A stretch of DNA of 32,000 bases from Acaryochloris marina S15 (GCF_018336915.1 NZ_CP064923.1:120001-152000), one strand, 5' to 3'. Shown: positions 11,390 to 20,376, numbered from the stretch's first letter. The notes: generated by a model not told the origin, from the letters alone. A program made the numbers and translations.

Positions 11390-12781
11390 ATGGTAAATTC
11401 TCCGCCTGCAAAGCCTCTCCCCTCTGACAAGAAAAGGAAAGCAGTAGTAGTGGGGGGTGGGCCAACCGGAACGCTGATTGCTTTGTATCTGGCTCAAGCA
11501 GACTGGAATGTATCGGTCTATGAACGGAGAAGTGTTGATACTAAAGCGTCTAGCAATCGTCGTTCATTCAATATTGTACTGAACAGGCGTGGACTCAAAG
11601 CGCTGGAAGATGCTGGTGTTCAGCTACCACCAGAACAGCACGTATATATCCAAGGTAATATTCGGCACACCGAGAAAGATTCAACCTTGAGAAAAGGATC
11701 TAGAAATTCGGTTTCAGTAGATCGACATACCCTAGCTCAGTCATTAATTACGGAAGGAAAGAATCGCTTTCCTGACAACATTCAATATTATTTTGATCAA
11801 ACTTTATTGCAGCTCAATATTCAAGATAAGTCTGCATTGTTTCAGGAAGCATCCGGACAACATGAAGAGAAGTTTGATTTATTAGTTGGAGCAGATGGTA
11901 TCTCTAGCACAGTCAGGCATTCCATGAGTTCCCAGCTGCAAGGATTTGAAGTCCGACAGCATGCTGACAACATGATGTATAAAATATGTAACTTAGGGTT
12001 AGCCGAAAATTTGCCTGGTGCAACGGCAGGATGGGCAGATGCTTTTCATGTATGGCCTGGTGCTGAACCTGTAACGATGGCCGCTCCACCGAGTGCCGAT
12101 GGCTTCATCAGAGCCGTGTTGATTTTGCCCCAAGAAGGAGAGATAACGTTCGATACCATTCAAACCGAAGCAGACATATCTGCCTTGTTTAAAGCAAAGC
12201 TTCCGGTTGTATTTCATAATTTAGACCAGACCGGGCTTCCCCCTGACTTCGCTCAAGATCTGCTATCACAAAAAGCCGCCCATGGAGGGTTTACCACTCT
12301 GTGTAATCGGTTTGAAGACGGAGATAGCGTTGTGCTGTTGGGAGATGCAGCCCACTCAATTTGGCCATCCTTAGGACAAGGGTGTAATGCAGCCCTTGAG
12401 AGTTGTCGCATTTTTGCTGAGAGGCTGGCACAAGCACAAGGAGACTTATCTTTGGCTTTACCGGCTTACACTAGGGTCCGTAAACCCGATACGGATGCCG
12501 TGGCTAGGCTATCTGAGATTGGTTTTGGCGGCAATAAACGCGCATCGAATTCCCTATTTATGGCTAAAGTATCGACACTCATGCTGATGCATAAGCTATT
12601 GCCCAAGTGGTTTAAGGGATATGCTCTTTTTCAAATGGGGGATGCTGACGTCCCGTATGCTGATATTTGGCGACAAGCTCAGACCCAAGAGAAACAATTA
12701 CTAGGTTTATTCGCTATTGTTGTGGGCATTGTTCCCACGCTCTGGATAGCTTTTCAGATCATCCACAAGGTCTGGCTGTGA
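11390..12781 (+). CDS. Kynurenine 3-monooxygenase-like FAD-dependent aromatic hydroxylase with a hydrophobic C-terminal tail
   Basis: 463 aa. FAD motif AVVVGGGPTGTLIALYLA, then VSVYERR, RRSFNIVLNRRGLKAL, LLVGADGISSTVR, VLLGDAAHSIWPSLGQGCNAALES and DLSLALPAYTRVRKPD. Two C-terminal hydrophobic segments are present (LFMAKVSTLMLMHKLL and LLGLFAIVVGIVPTLWIAFQII). The upstream leader is AT-rich. Confidence 0.7.
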   Translation: MVNSPPAKPLPSDKKRKAVVVGGGPTGTLIALYLAQADWNVSVYERRSVDTKASSNRRSFNIVLNRRGLKALEDAGVQLPPEQHVYIQGNIRHTEKDSTLRKGSRNSVSVDRHTLAQSLITEGKNRFPDNIQYYFDQTLLQLNIQDKSALFQEASGQHEEKFDLLVGADGISSTVRHSMSSQLQGFEVRQHADNMMYKICNLGLAENLPGATAGWADAFHVWPGAEPVTMAAPPSADGFIRAVLILPQEGEITFDTIQTEADISALFKAKLPVVFHNLDQTGLPPDFAQDLLSQKAAHGGFTTLCNRFEDGDSVVLLGDAAHSIWPSLGQGCNAALESCRIFAERLAQAQGDLSLALPAYTRVRKPDTDAVARLSEIGFGGNKRASNSLFMAKVSTLMLMHKLLPKWFKGYALFQMGDADVPYADIWRQAQTQEKQLLGLFAIVVGIVPTLWIAFQIIHKVWL

Positions 12782-12875
12782 GGTTAGACCAATAGGTTAT
12801 TGATGCATGAACACCAGTGGAAGATAAAGATGCTCAAAGCCCATTGATCCTCTGCCAAGAATGAAGCAAGTATCG

Positions 12876-12895
12876 TATGGTGCGATCGCACCATA
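12876..12895. repeat. 20-bp perfect palindrome centred on a HIP1 site
   Basis: TATGGTGCGATCGCACCATA lies 95 nt downstream of the KMO-like stop. It could act as a hairpin or terminator, or it may simply be an extended HIP1 element. Confidence 0.5.
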
Positions 12896-13263
12896 AATAC
12901 GTAACTTCAGACCATCTACATAGGCAGCAACTATAGATTAAGCCTGCCACCAGCAAGAATCAGGTGTGAATTCCTGATTCTTACTCACACTTATCACTGA
13001 TCAAATTGCCGATCAAAATACTCTAAAAAGAACAACGTAGAATAGGTCGCTAACGCCAGCGGTGCTAAAACAACTGATAACCGGGGATCTAATAGTAAGT
13101 CAACCAAGATATGCATGAGATTTACTCCTATGTATTGAGTTAACCCACTTGAGCCTTTTTTGAAACATTAAATCTGGATGGTCTGGATATAAAATGAACA
13201 ACCCTGCCAAGAGCATGACTAGAACCAGAGAAATGCCATAGAGCCGTGAGCAACCATAAGCCT

Positions 13264-13752
13264 TTAAGTACTTAATGAGTGAGGTTGCATCTGACTGAAA
13301 AACGTTTGGGCCTGTTCTGCGGCCAGTTCAAAAACAGCCTGGGCTTTGTCAGATTGCCCTAAATTCTGATAAAGCTCATAGGCTTTCAGACTGACCATCT
13401 CTAGAGCTTTTGCCGCCTCAAATCGTAGACACTGGGAATATTGAGTGGAATACATCAAATCAATCACTTGAGCCAGCGCTTGTTGCATGGTGGTTTCTGC
13501 CGCTTGGACCTCATCAGACTTCAGCGAATTATCGGCTAAATTATGACAAGAAATAACGTAGGCATGAATCGCCTCAGGGTGATGACGTTCTTTTTTAGCA
13601 GTCATCAACATTAATTCTGCAAGGGAAATGGCTTTCCGATAAGCTTGCCGAGCTTCTGCATACCTGCCTGCCTGAAAGCTTTGATTGCCAGCCTTGCTAT
13701 GTAGCTGCCAGCCCAGTTCATAGGATGAATAGATCTGAGGATCGTAGGTCAT
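13264..13752 (-). CDS. Hypothetical all-helical, TPR-like protein
   Basis: 162 aa, ATG at 13752. TPR-like heptad text (FQAGRYAEARQAYRKAISLAE, AYELYQNLGQSDKAQAVFELA). No recognisable catalytic motif. Fur-box-like sites lie upstream. Confidence 0.5.
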   Translation of the reverse strand: MTYDPQIYSSYELGWQLHSKAGNQSFQAGRYAEARQAYRKAISLAELMLMTAKKERHHPEAIHAYVISCHNLADNSLKSDEVQAAETTMQQALAQVIDLMYSTQYSQCLRFEAAKALEMVSLKAYELYQNLGQSDKAQAVFELAAEQAQTFFSQMQPHSLST

Positions 13753-13796
13753 TGGTTCAAAGGATGGTCTTGAGCTGCAATACGTTAGTCGTCCAT

Positions 13797-13822
13797 CAAT
13801 AATCAGAAATTATTATCAATTG
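13797..13822. promoter_or_regulatory. Fur-box-like palindromic motif in the promoter region of the TPR-like gene
   Basis: The reverse complement is CAATTGATAATAATTTCTGATTATTG, 45-70 nt upstream of ATG 13752. Confidence 0.4.
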
Positions 13823-14011
13823 AATGTATATTCACTAGATTCTGAATCCAAATATGATTGATGGTACTTATCCGTAAGCCAGCGCTGGAACAGCAGTCTT
13901 CAATTGACGGGTAAAAGAATCTAGCTAGATCGCTTTGTATAAAGAGTTTCATATGGAGTGCTGTTGATTATTAAATTTACGATGAAGTCACTAGAATTAT
14001 ATTGTTGCATA

Positions 14012-14034
14012 ATTGATAAATATTCTCAATAATT
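14012..14034. promoter_or_regulatory. Fur-box-like motif (best copy in the window)
   Basis: ATTGATAAATATTCTCAATAATT sits in the 370-bp AT-rich spacer between the MFS stop (14124) and the TPR-like gene start (13752). Confidence 0.45.
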
Positions 14035-14123
14035 TTGTAGCAAGCATATATCGAGGATTGGCCCGTTGTTGCCAGGCTTAGATAAGTGAGAGCTTGTCGG
14101 TAGTCTCATTTTTGACTGCTCAA

Positions 14124-15416
14124 TTAGCAGTTCTGGTCCATTGAAGGTACCTCTACCGATCGCAGTTGCCGAACACTATATCCACCCACAGCAAGCAACA
14201 TCCCACAGGTGGAAAAGATAGAAATCTGTAGTGCCATACCCGCTCCTAATCCTGTACCAAAAATTGGGCCAAAGAAACCTGCTAATGCCCCACCGGGTTG
14301 CATGGCTGGCTCAAAGAATTGATCGGCTAACGGACCTGCGATCGCATATCCGATCGGACTACTCAACTGGGTCAAGAAAAATTGCGTTGCAAACACTCGC
14401 CCTTGCACTTCCGGCTCCACCTTCGACATCCAAATCGCTTGACTCGCACTCTCGGGAAAAGGAGAACAAAATCCACAGACCAGCGCTGTGCCAATCTTGG
14501 TTACCGTTTGCTGCGTGAGGGCCAACACAATGATGCCGAATTTCCACAGGGCGCTAGCCAGCAACACACCATGAATGCGGCGCTTCGGTCCGCCGCTAAT
14601 ACTAATGGTGAGTCCGCCTAAGAGACCGCCCATGCCAAAGAAGGCCAGCAGCGTTCCCCAAATCAGCGGGTTATTATTGCTCCGAGCTAAAACCATGGCT
14701 GGCAGAATCGCGAATATCGTACTGCCAATCAGGCTATTCACCATCCAAAAACTCAGTAAAGCCATCAGGCTAGGCCGAACCCAGAGATACTGCAGACCAA
14801 AGGTCAAGGTCGACCAAGACATCTGTTGTGCAGTCGGCTGTTCTGGAGGCTGAGGGATTTTGACCAGAGCTAGACTGGTCATCGCCATGGCGAAGGTAGC
14901 AAGATCGACACTGAGAACCCCCGTTAACCCGGTGGCAGCATAGAGAGCACCCGCTAAAGCCGGAGCGAGCACATAGCTCCCTGACATTTGAACAGAACCC
15001 AAAGCTGTGGCGCGGGCATAATGTTCTTCAGTCACCATTAGGGTCAGAGAAGCCGAATACGCTAACCCTTGGATATAGCCGAATAAACCGTTAATAGCAC
15101 CCGAAATATAGAGATGCCATACCTGCAGATGATCCGTGAGCAACAGCATCAGCAGGGCGATGGTAGACAGTCCTGCGACCCAATCCCCCAGCAGCATCAA
15201 ATGCTTGCGAGAGTATCGATCTACCCAAAACCCGGCAAAGGGAGAAACCAATAGTTTGGGAATCTGAGTAAACACCATAATCAAAGACAAGGGGGTGGCT
15301 TGGCCGGTCATTTCCCAGGCCCACAGGGTAATCGCAAAGTTCGTCAGTTCAGAACCCAACAGTGATGCAAATTGCCCGATCCAGATAATAAGAAAGGTGC
15401 GCATAGGTTCTGGCAT
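14124..15416 (-). CDS. MFS transporter of the EntS / MFS_3 type (candidate siderophore exporter)
   Basis: 430 aa and hydrophobic throughout (about 12 TM by eye). The loop motif GFWVDRYSRKHLML is typical of the enterobactin-exporter-like subfamily. It is on the same strand as the upstream TBDT2 and binding-protein genes. Confidence 0.8.
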   Translation of the reverse strand: MPEPMRTFLIIWIGQFASLLGSELTNFAITLWAWEMTGQATPLSLIMVFTQIPKLLVSPFAGFWVDRYSRKHLMLLGDWVAGLSTIALLMLLLTDHLQVWHLYISGAINGLFGYIQGLAYSASLTLMVTEEHYARATALGSVQMSGSYVLAPALAGALYAATGLTGVLSVDLATFAMAMTSLALVKIPQPPEQPTAQQMSWSTLTFGLQYLWVRPSLMALLSFWMVNSLIGSTIFAILPAMVLARSNNNPLIWGTLLAFFGMGGLLGGLTISISGGPKRRIHGVLLASALWKFGIIVLALTQQTVTKIGTALVCGFCSPFPESASQAIWMSKVEPEVQGRVFATQFFLTQLSSPIGYAIAGPLADQFFEPAMQPGGALAGFFGPIFGTGLGAGMALQISIFSTCGMLLAVGGYSVRQLRSVEVPSMDQNC

Positions 15417-15613
15417 TCAAAGATAGGAACGACGATTAGAGCAGACTTTGGCTCAGATGAACCTGCAGGGAGGTGAGAGATAGATCGGGGCAAGCCAATC
15501 AGCCAGACATGCTCAGAATGGAGCCAAAAAGACTTCAAATAGACCAGTAGATGTATCAAAAGTGCTGAAGACTGCCGGACATAAAAGATGGGTTGATGTC
15601 CCACCGACCCAAT

Positions 15614-16675
15614 TCAATACTTAAAGCGAGTGGGCATCCGGCTGGTTTTGATTTCTGAGGGTGACAGTTGTTGGTAGAGGTCACTCAAGAAAATTTCAGT
15701 TCCGATAGGACCTAAAAGGGCATGGCATAGGTATACAGGGGTGAAATAGACTTTGCCTGCTTTGCTCGGTGGTAGTGATTGTGTGATCGCATTCTCGTTC
15801 CACTCTTTCTTAATGGCTTTGACCTGCTGTGCTTCTGGGTTTGGGGTCTTCGCAATGTTTTGACTGGAGAAGCCTTCAATCAGAATCCAATCCATATCCA
15901 GATTGGTCAAAGATTCCAACGAAATCACATGGCTCGGTTCTGGGGATTGGTTCAAAGCAGCTGGGACCACCACTTGAAACCCAACGTCTTCCAGCAAGGC
16001 ACCACAGGCACTGTTCGCGGTTTCTAGGCGCACGCCCTGGCTCAGTTGCTCAGACAGCAGCAGCAAGACTTTGGGATCTTGAGCCACAATGGGCTGAAAC
16101 TTAGCCTTCAGTTTGGCAACCTGTTGCTGAGAGTCCGCTACCACTGCGGTGGCTTTGTCAGCTTTCTGCAGCGCTTGGCCGAGAGCTTGCAGATCAGGCT
16201 GCCAGGCAGACCCTGCACCACTGTAGTCGAACAGTAAGGTGGGAGCAATTTTGGACAATAACTTATACTCATCTTTATTTTTAATGCTGTCTGCCAAGAT
16301 CAAATCCGGTTTCAATTTTGCGATCGCTTCTAAAGACGGGCTCTCGGCAGTCCCCACATTTTTCGGCAGTCCCGTCAGCAACTTGCCCAAATAGGGAATT
16401 TGCTGTTCGGGTTGATCAAATTGACGAGTAGGGAATGGGAAATACTCCGCATGGGCAATCGGTTGTACCTCAAGGGCCAGTAAGAGTTCCAATAAATTAG
16501 GACCAATGGTCACCACCTTTTGCGGTTGACCACAGACCTCCGTTTCACCCAGATCATGGGCAATAGCTCGACAGTCAGTATCCGTTGAGGTGGAGGGGGA
16601 TGGACGGGTGCAGGCCCCACTCACGATTGTCAGGGCCATCAGCAAGCCCATCGTTTTCAATCTCAGTCGTGCCAT
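15614..16675 (-). CDS. Iron-siderophore ABC-type periplasmic binding lipoprotein (FhuD/FecB-like), copy 1
   Basis: 353 aa. Lipoprotein signal ...LTIVSGAC. Motifs QKVVTIGPNLLELLLALEVQPIA and LKPDLILADS are as in Peripla_BP_2 proteins. It is a tandem paralog of the next gene. Confidence 0.8.
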   Translation of the reverse strand: MARLRLKTMGLLMALTIVSGACTRPSPSTSTDTDCRAIAHDLGETEVCGQPQKVVTIGPNLLELLLALEVQPIAHAEYFPFPTRQFDQPEQQIPYLGKLLTGLPKNVGTAESPSLEAIAKLKPDLILADSIKNKDEYKLLSKIAPTLLFDYSGAGSAWQPDLQALGQALQKADKATAVVADSQQQVAKLKAKFQPIVAQDPKVLLLLSEQLSQGVRLETANSACGALLEDVGFQVVVPAALNQSPEPSHVISLESLTNLDMDWILIEGFSSQNIAKTPNPEAQQVKAIKKEWNENAITQSLPPSKAGKVYFTPVYLCHALLGPIGTEIFLSDLYQQLSPSEIKTSRMPTRFKY

Positions 16676-16703
16676 ACGCTAGCTTTCCTAAAGGAGATGA
16701 GGT

Positions 16704-17747
16704 TTATTGTGATTGCTCAGAGACTTGAGGCAGTAACTCAGCTTGTAATTGTGCCAATATCAGCTCTGTGCCAATGGGGCCGGGTAGGGCACGGCAAATA
16801 TAGGCACTGTGAAAGTACACTTGGTTGGTTTTGCTGGCGGGTAACGATTGTGCGATCGCATTTTCCTGCCACTGCTGTTGAACGGCTGAGATCTGCTGCT
16901 GTTCTAGATCCGGCCCCGCATCACTAAAATCGGTATTCCAGGCTAGAAAAAAGATCCAGTCAGATTTCAGCTCTGGCAATAGCTCTAGAGAAATATTGTT
17001 ACGCCCTGGTCCTTCTGTACCGATATTTTTAGGGGCTAGCAACTGAAATCCCAGATTTTCTAGAAGTCCACCACAGCGACTGTCACTATTTTCAACCGCT
17101 AGCTCCTGCTCGAGTTGCTCAGAAGCCAACAACAAGACTTGCGGATATTTCAGGACAGCAGGCTGTAAGTTTTTACGAGCCTCAGCCACTAATTGGGTAT
17201 GGGCAGCAATCACCTGCTCCGCCTTCTCACCACGGCCTAATACTTTAGCCAGCCTGCGAAGCTGAGTCTGCCAGTTCTCTTTGACCCCATAGGAGAACAG
17301 CAATGTGGGAGCGGTCTGGGATAAAAGTGAATATTGCCCCTGATTCGCCAGAGTGCTGCCCACAATCAGGTCTGGCTTCAGTTTCAAAATAGCTTCCAAG
17401 GAAGGAGTATTCCAAGAACCCACTTTTTTGACTGGGCCTGTTAGCCGTTCTCCCAGGTAAGGAATTTGGGATTGCGGTTGGTCAAAATCTGTAAACGGCA
17501 GAGTATAGTAATCCGCATAGCCAATCGGCTGTACCTCTAGGGCTAATAACAACTCCAGGACATTGGGGCCGATGGCGACGATGGTTTGGGGCTGACCACA
17601 AATCTCGGTTTTACCACCGTCATGGTCCACCATTTCACAGTCTCCAGGTGGAGCAGATACATCAGGTCGGTTATCGGCCGAGCCGCAGGCTAAGGTTAAA
17701 GTACCGACTAGTAATCCAAGCCATAGAGACTGAACAACGGTAGCCAT
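16704..17747 (-). CDS. Iron-siderophore ABC-type periplasmic binding lipoprotein (FhuD/FecB-like), copy 2
   Basis: 347 aa with lipobox LTLAC, plus QTIVAIGPNVLELLLALEVQPIG and LKPDLIVGST. By eye it is over half identical to copy 1. Its ATG overlaps the TBDT2 stop by 1 nt (TAATG). Confidence 0.8.
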   Translation of the reverse strand: MATVVQSLWLGLLVGTLTLACGSADNRPDVSAPPGDCEMVDHDGGKTEICGQPQTIVAIGPNVLELLLALEVQPIGYADYYTLPFTDFDQPQSQIPYLGERLTGPVKKVGSWNTPSLEAILKLKPDLIVGSTLANQGQYSLLSQTAPTLLFSYGVKENWQTQLRRLAKVLGRGEKAEQVIAAHTQLVAEARKNLQPAVLKYPQVLLLASEQLEQELAVENSDSRCGGLLENLGFQLLAPKNIGTEGPGRNNISLELLPELKSDWIFFLAWNTDFSDAGPDLEQQQISAVQQQWQENAIAQSLPASKTNQVYFHSAYICRALPGPIGTELILAQLQAELLPQVSEQSQ

Positions 17748-20371
17748 TACAACTCCACAGAAATAGAGCCACGAATGGTGAATGGCTCCCCTGGGTAGAT
17801 ACCTCTGGCTCTCGTACCCCCCACCGAACGGATAAAATCAACATCGAATAGATTGTCAACATTGACGGCAAATTTCCAGCGATCACGCCGATAGAAAATA
17901 GCGGCATTCGTAAGGAAATAGCTATCAGCCCTAAAGCTGTTATCCAGATCGCCAGCCCGATCCCCTACAAAGTTAAAGCCCAAGCCAAACCCCAAGCCTT
18001 TAACATCCCCAGATTGGATTTCGTAAGTAGTCCAGAGACTGGCACTATGCTCCGGGATACCGATTAAGTCGTTGCCGACGGGAAAGGTATTGTCTTGGGT
18101 GATTTTGGCATCAATATAGGCATAGGATGCAATCACATTCCAACCTGGCACAATTTCACCTGAGATATCAAAATCAATCCCCCGGCTGTTTTGCTCACCT
18201 GAAGTAACGAAAGCAAAAGGGTTAATCGGATCAGCGGTGGCTACATTTGATTTAGTGATATCAAAAAAGGCAAGGGTGGCTGACAATCGGTCTTTGATCA
18301 ACTCTGCCTTAATACCGACTTCAAACCCCTCTCCTCGCTCTGCATCCAAGAGTGCTCCCAAGTCATCCGTTTCAAAGGTGGGATTAAAGGATCGGGAATA
18401 GTTGGCATAAAGGGCCAGATAATCCGTCGGCTGAAAGACCAGACCCACCCGAGGGCTAAATGCTTCGTCTACCTGTGTATCTTCAATTCCTGTGACAATA
18501 CCGATATTCGAGCGGTCGACGATATCGTAGCGAATACCTCCCACTAGGATCAGGTTATCCAGCAGGTAGATTTGATCTTGTAGGTACACTCCCAACCGAT
18601 TGACCGAATTGTCATTGCCAAAGGCAATTGGCACAGTATCAAATGCAGGTTTTGGATCGTATACAGGATTAAAAATATCCAGAAAACTGAGAAAATCAGG
18701 GGTGGGGGAAAACCGGGTTGCCCCATTATTGTCTGCACGGGATAGATCGACCCCGGCGACGACATTGTGCTTAATGGAGCCTGTCTCAAATTCACCTTGC
18801 AGGCTGGTATTCAGATTGAAAAAGGTATTCTCATTAAACTGAGCTGCAAAAACCCGTGTCAATGTTCTAGTGGGTTCATCTAGGTCAAAAGGTAGCGCCA
18901 ACACTCCATAGTCATATTTATCGTAGATATAGCTAAACTCATTGCGGAGTTTCCATTTGTCATTAAACCGATGCTCCAGGTTATACCCCACCTTCAAAAA
19001 GGTGTTATCCACCGTATCATCAGGGTTATTCGTGACCCGCGATGCCGGGATATTCGCAATACCATTGCCAGAAGCCAACGTTCCAAAGTCCGCTGGATTG
19101 TCTTCCTTGATGTATTCCAGGCTAAAGGTCACATCCGTTTGATCACTAATTTTCCAGGTTAAAGAAGGTCCTACGAAAAAACGATCAAAACTGGTCGTAT
19201 AGTCCCGAAAACTATCTTCGCGGCGATACAGCGCATTGAGACGGTACAACAAGTTGCCTTCTTTATCCAAGGGACCTGATAGATCGACACTTGGACTCAC
19301 AAAACCTCGATTCCCTCCTTGAATTTGCAGCTTATAGTACGGTTCCGATAAAGGTTTTTTCCGGACCAAATTAATCAGTCCACCGGGTTCTGACTGTCCA
19401 AATAAAACCGAGGCAGGCCCTTTCAAAACTTCTACCCGTTCTAAATTGGCAATTTCAGGTTCAACGGCATTTTCGCCAAACAGTCGAAACCCATTTTGCA
19501 AGACAGGCACATTATCAAAACCACGAATGGAAAAATTGAGTCCCCGACCATCGTTATTGCCTAAAAAGGTGACACCGCCAACATTTTCCACCACCTCTTC
19601 GACACCAATAGCCTGCTGATCTTCAATGATCTGCTTGGGGATGACCTGAATGGATTGGGGAACATCCCGAATGGGTGAATCGGTACGTGTACCGATGTTG
19701 GCAGTGGATAGGGCATAGCCTTCTTCCGGATTGGCCGTCACCGTAACTTCTACCTCTGCATCATCGGCCAGGGTATCAGGTGCCGCTTCCGAGACAATAG
19801 AGAAGGTTAGTCCTTGGGCGGCATTGCTCACCGTAGCGGTGGGAACAGCCTTGGCCCCCGTAATCACGACTTGCACCTGATCATCGGTCTGGTTTGTGAT
19901 GCTAATTTGCGTAATCTCAGGCGTTGGGTTGGCTTGCTCAAAGCTAGGGCCTTCCGACAAAGCTAAGACGGCATTGGGAATAACCGCACTGAGACGATTG
20001 CTCTCTGTGGTGGGAGTGGGAATACTGAGCTGTCCAGTCGCCGTTTCCAAAATGATATTGAGACCTTCTGGGCTGGGTTCTACTCGCACAGCCGTAATCT
20101 CAATGATGGATGCCTCAATCTGGGCCTGCCATTCTTTCACGCTCGTGGCGGGTTGAGGGGAAGATGACTCAGGTATGGATAGTGTTGCTAGATCTATGTC
20201 TGGTGATGAAGGTACTGCGGCAGCAGTCTCAGCTCGAACAGGAAGCGAGACTAAAAGGCCAAAGGTCGCAATCACAGACGGTAGACCATAGACTATTGAC
20301 CCTGGAAACTCAGAATATATCGCTTTCTGAATCAATCTTTTACACCGCTTCGACATCATTGCTTCGCCCAC
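17747..20371 (-). CDS. TonB-dependent siderophore transporter (TBDT2, FhuA/FpvA-like) with an N-terminal extension domain
   Basis: 874 aa from GTG 20371; ATG 20359 (MMSKRCKRL...) is the more likely start. TonB box EVEVTVTANP. Plug motifs NFSIRGFDN and VEVLKGPASVLFGQSEPGGLINLVRK. Long beta-barrel. Confidence 0.9.
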   Translation of the reverse strand: MGEAMMSKRCKRLIQKAIYSEFPGSIVYGLPSVIATFGLLVSLPVRAETAAAVPSSPDIDLATLSIPESSSPQPATSVKEWQAQIEASIIEITAVRVEPSPEGLNIILETATGQLSIPTPTTESNRLSAVIPNAVLALSEGPSFEQANPTPEITQISITNQTDDQVQVVITGAKAVPTATVSNAAQGLTFSIVSEAAPDTLADDAEVEVTVTANPEEGYALSTANIGTRTDSPIRDVPQSIQVIPKQIIEDQQAIGVEEVVENVGGVTFLGNNDGRGLNFSIRGFDNVPVLQNGFRLFGENAVEPEIANLERVEVLKGPASVLFGQSEPGGLINLVRKKPLSEPYYKLQIQGGNRGFVSPSVDLSGPLDKEGNLLYRLNALYRREDSFRDYTTSFDRFFVGPSLTWKISDQTDVTFSLEYIKEDNPADFGTLASGNGIANIPASRVTNNPDDTVDNTFLKVGYNLEHRFNDKWKLRNEFSYIYDKYDYGVLALPFDLDEPTRTLTRVFAAQFNENTFFNLNTSLQGEFETGSIKHNVVAGVDLSRADNNGATRFSPTPDFLSFLDIFNPVYDPKPAFDTVPIAFGNDNSVNRLGVYLQDQIYLLDNLILVGGIRYDIVDRSNIGIVTGIEDTQVDEAFSPRVGLVFQPTDYLALYANYSRSFNPTFETDDLGALLDAERGEGFEVGIKAELIKDRLSATLAFFDITKSNVATADPINPFAFVTSGEQNSRGIDFDISGEIVPGWNVIASYAYIDAKITQDNTFPVGNDLIGIPEHSASLWTTYEIQSGDVKGLGFGLGFNFVGDRAGDLDNSFRADSYFLTNAAIFYRRDRWKFAVNVDNLFDVDFIRSVGGTRARGIYPGEPFTIRGSISVEL

Positions 20372-20376
20372 AGAGT

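Noticed and set aside
11262-11465. A 67-aa minus-strand ORF across the KMO-like gene start and its AT-rich leader
   Set aside because: It runs antisense to a well-supported CDS start and lies mostly in AT-rich promoter DNA. Its low-complexity translation points to an artefact.
12994-13116. A 40-codon minus-strand ORF (MHILVDLLLDPRLSVVLAPLALATYSTLFFLEYFDRQFDQ) with AGGAG 8 nt upstream of its ATG
   Set aside because: Only the Shine-Dalgarno-like match and mild hydrophobicity support it. No homology can be recognised by eye, and an ORF this short is expected by chance. It is worth a ribosome-profiling look but is not reportable as a gene.
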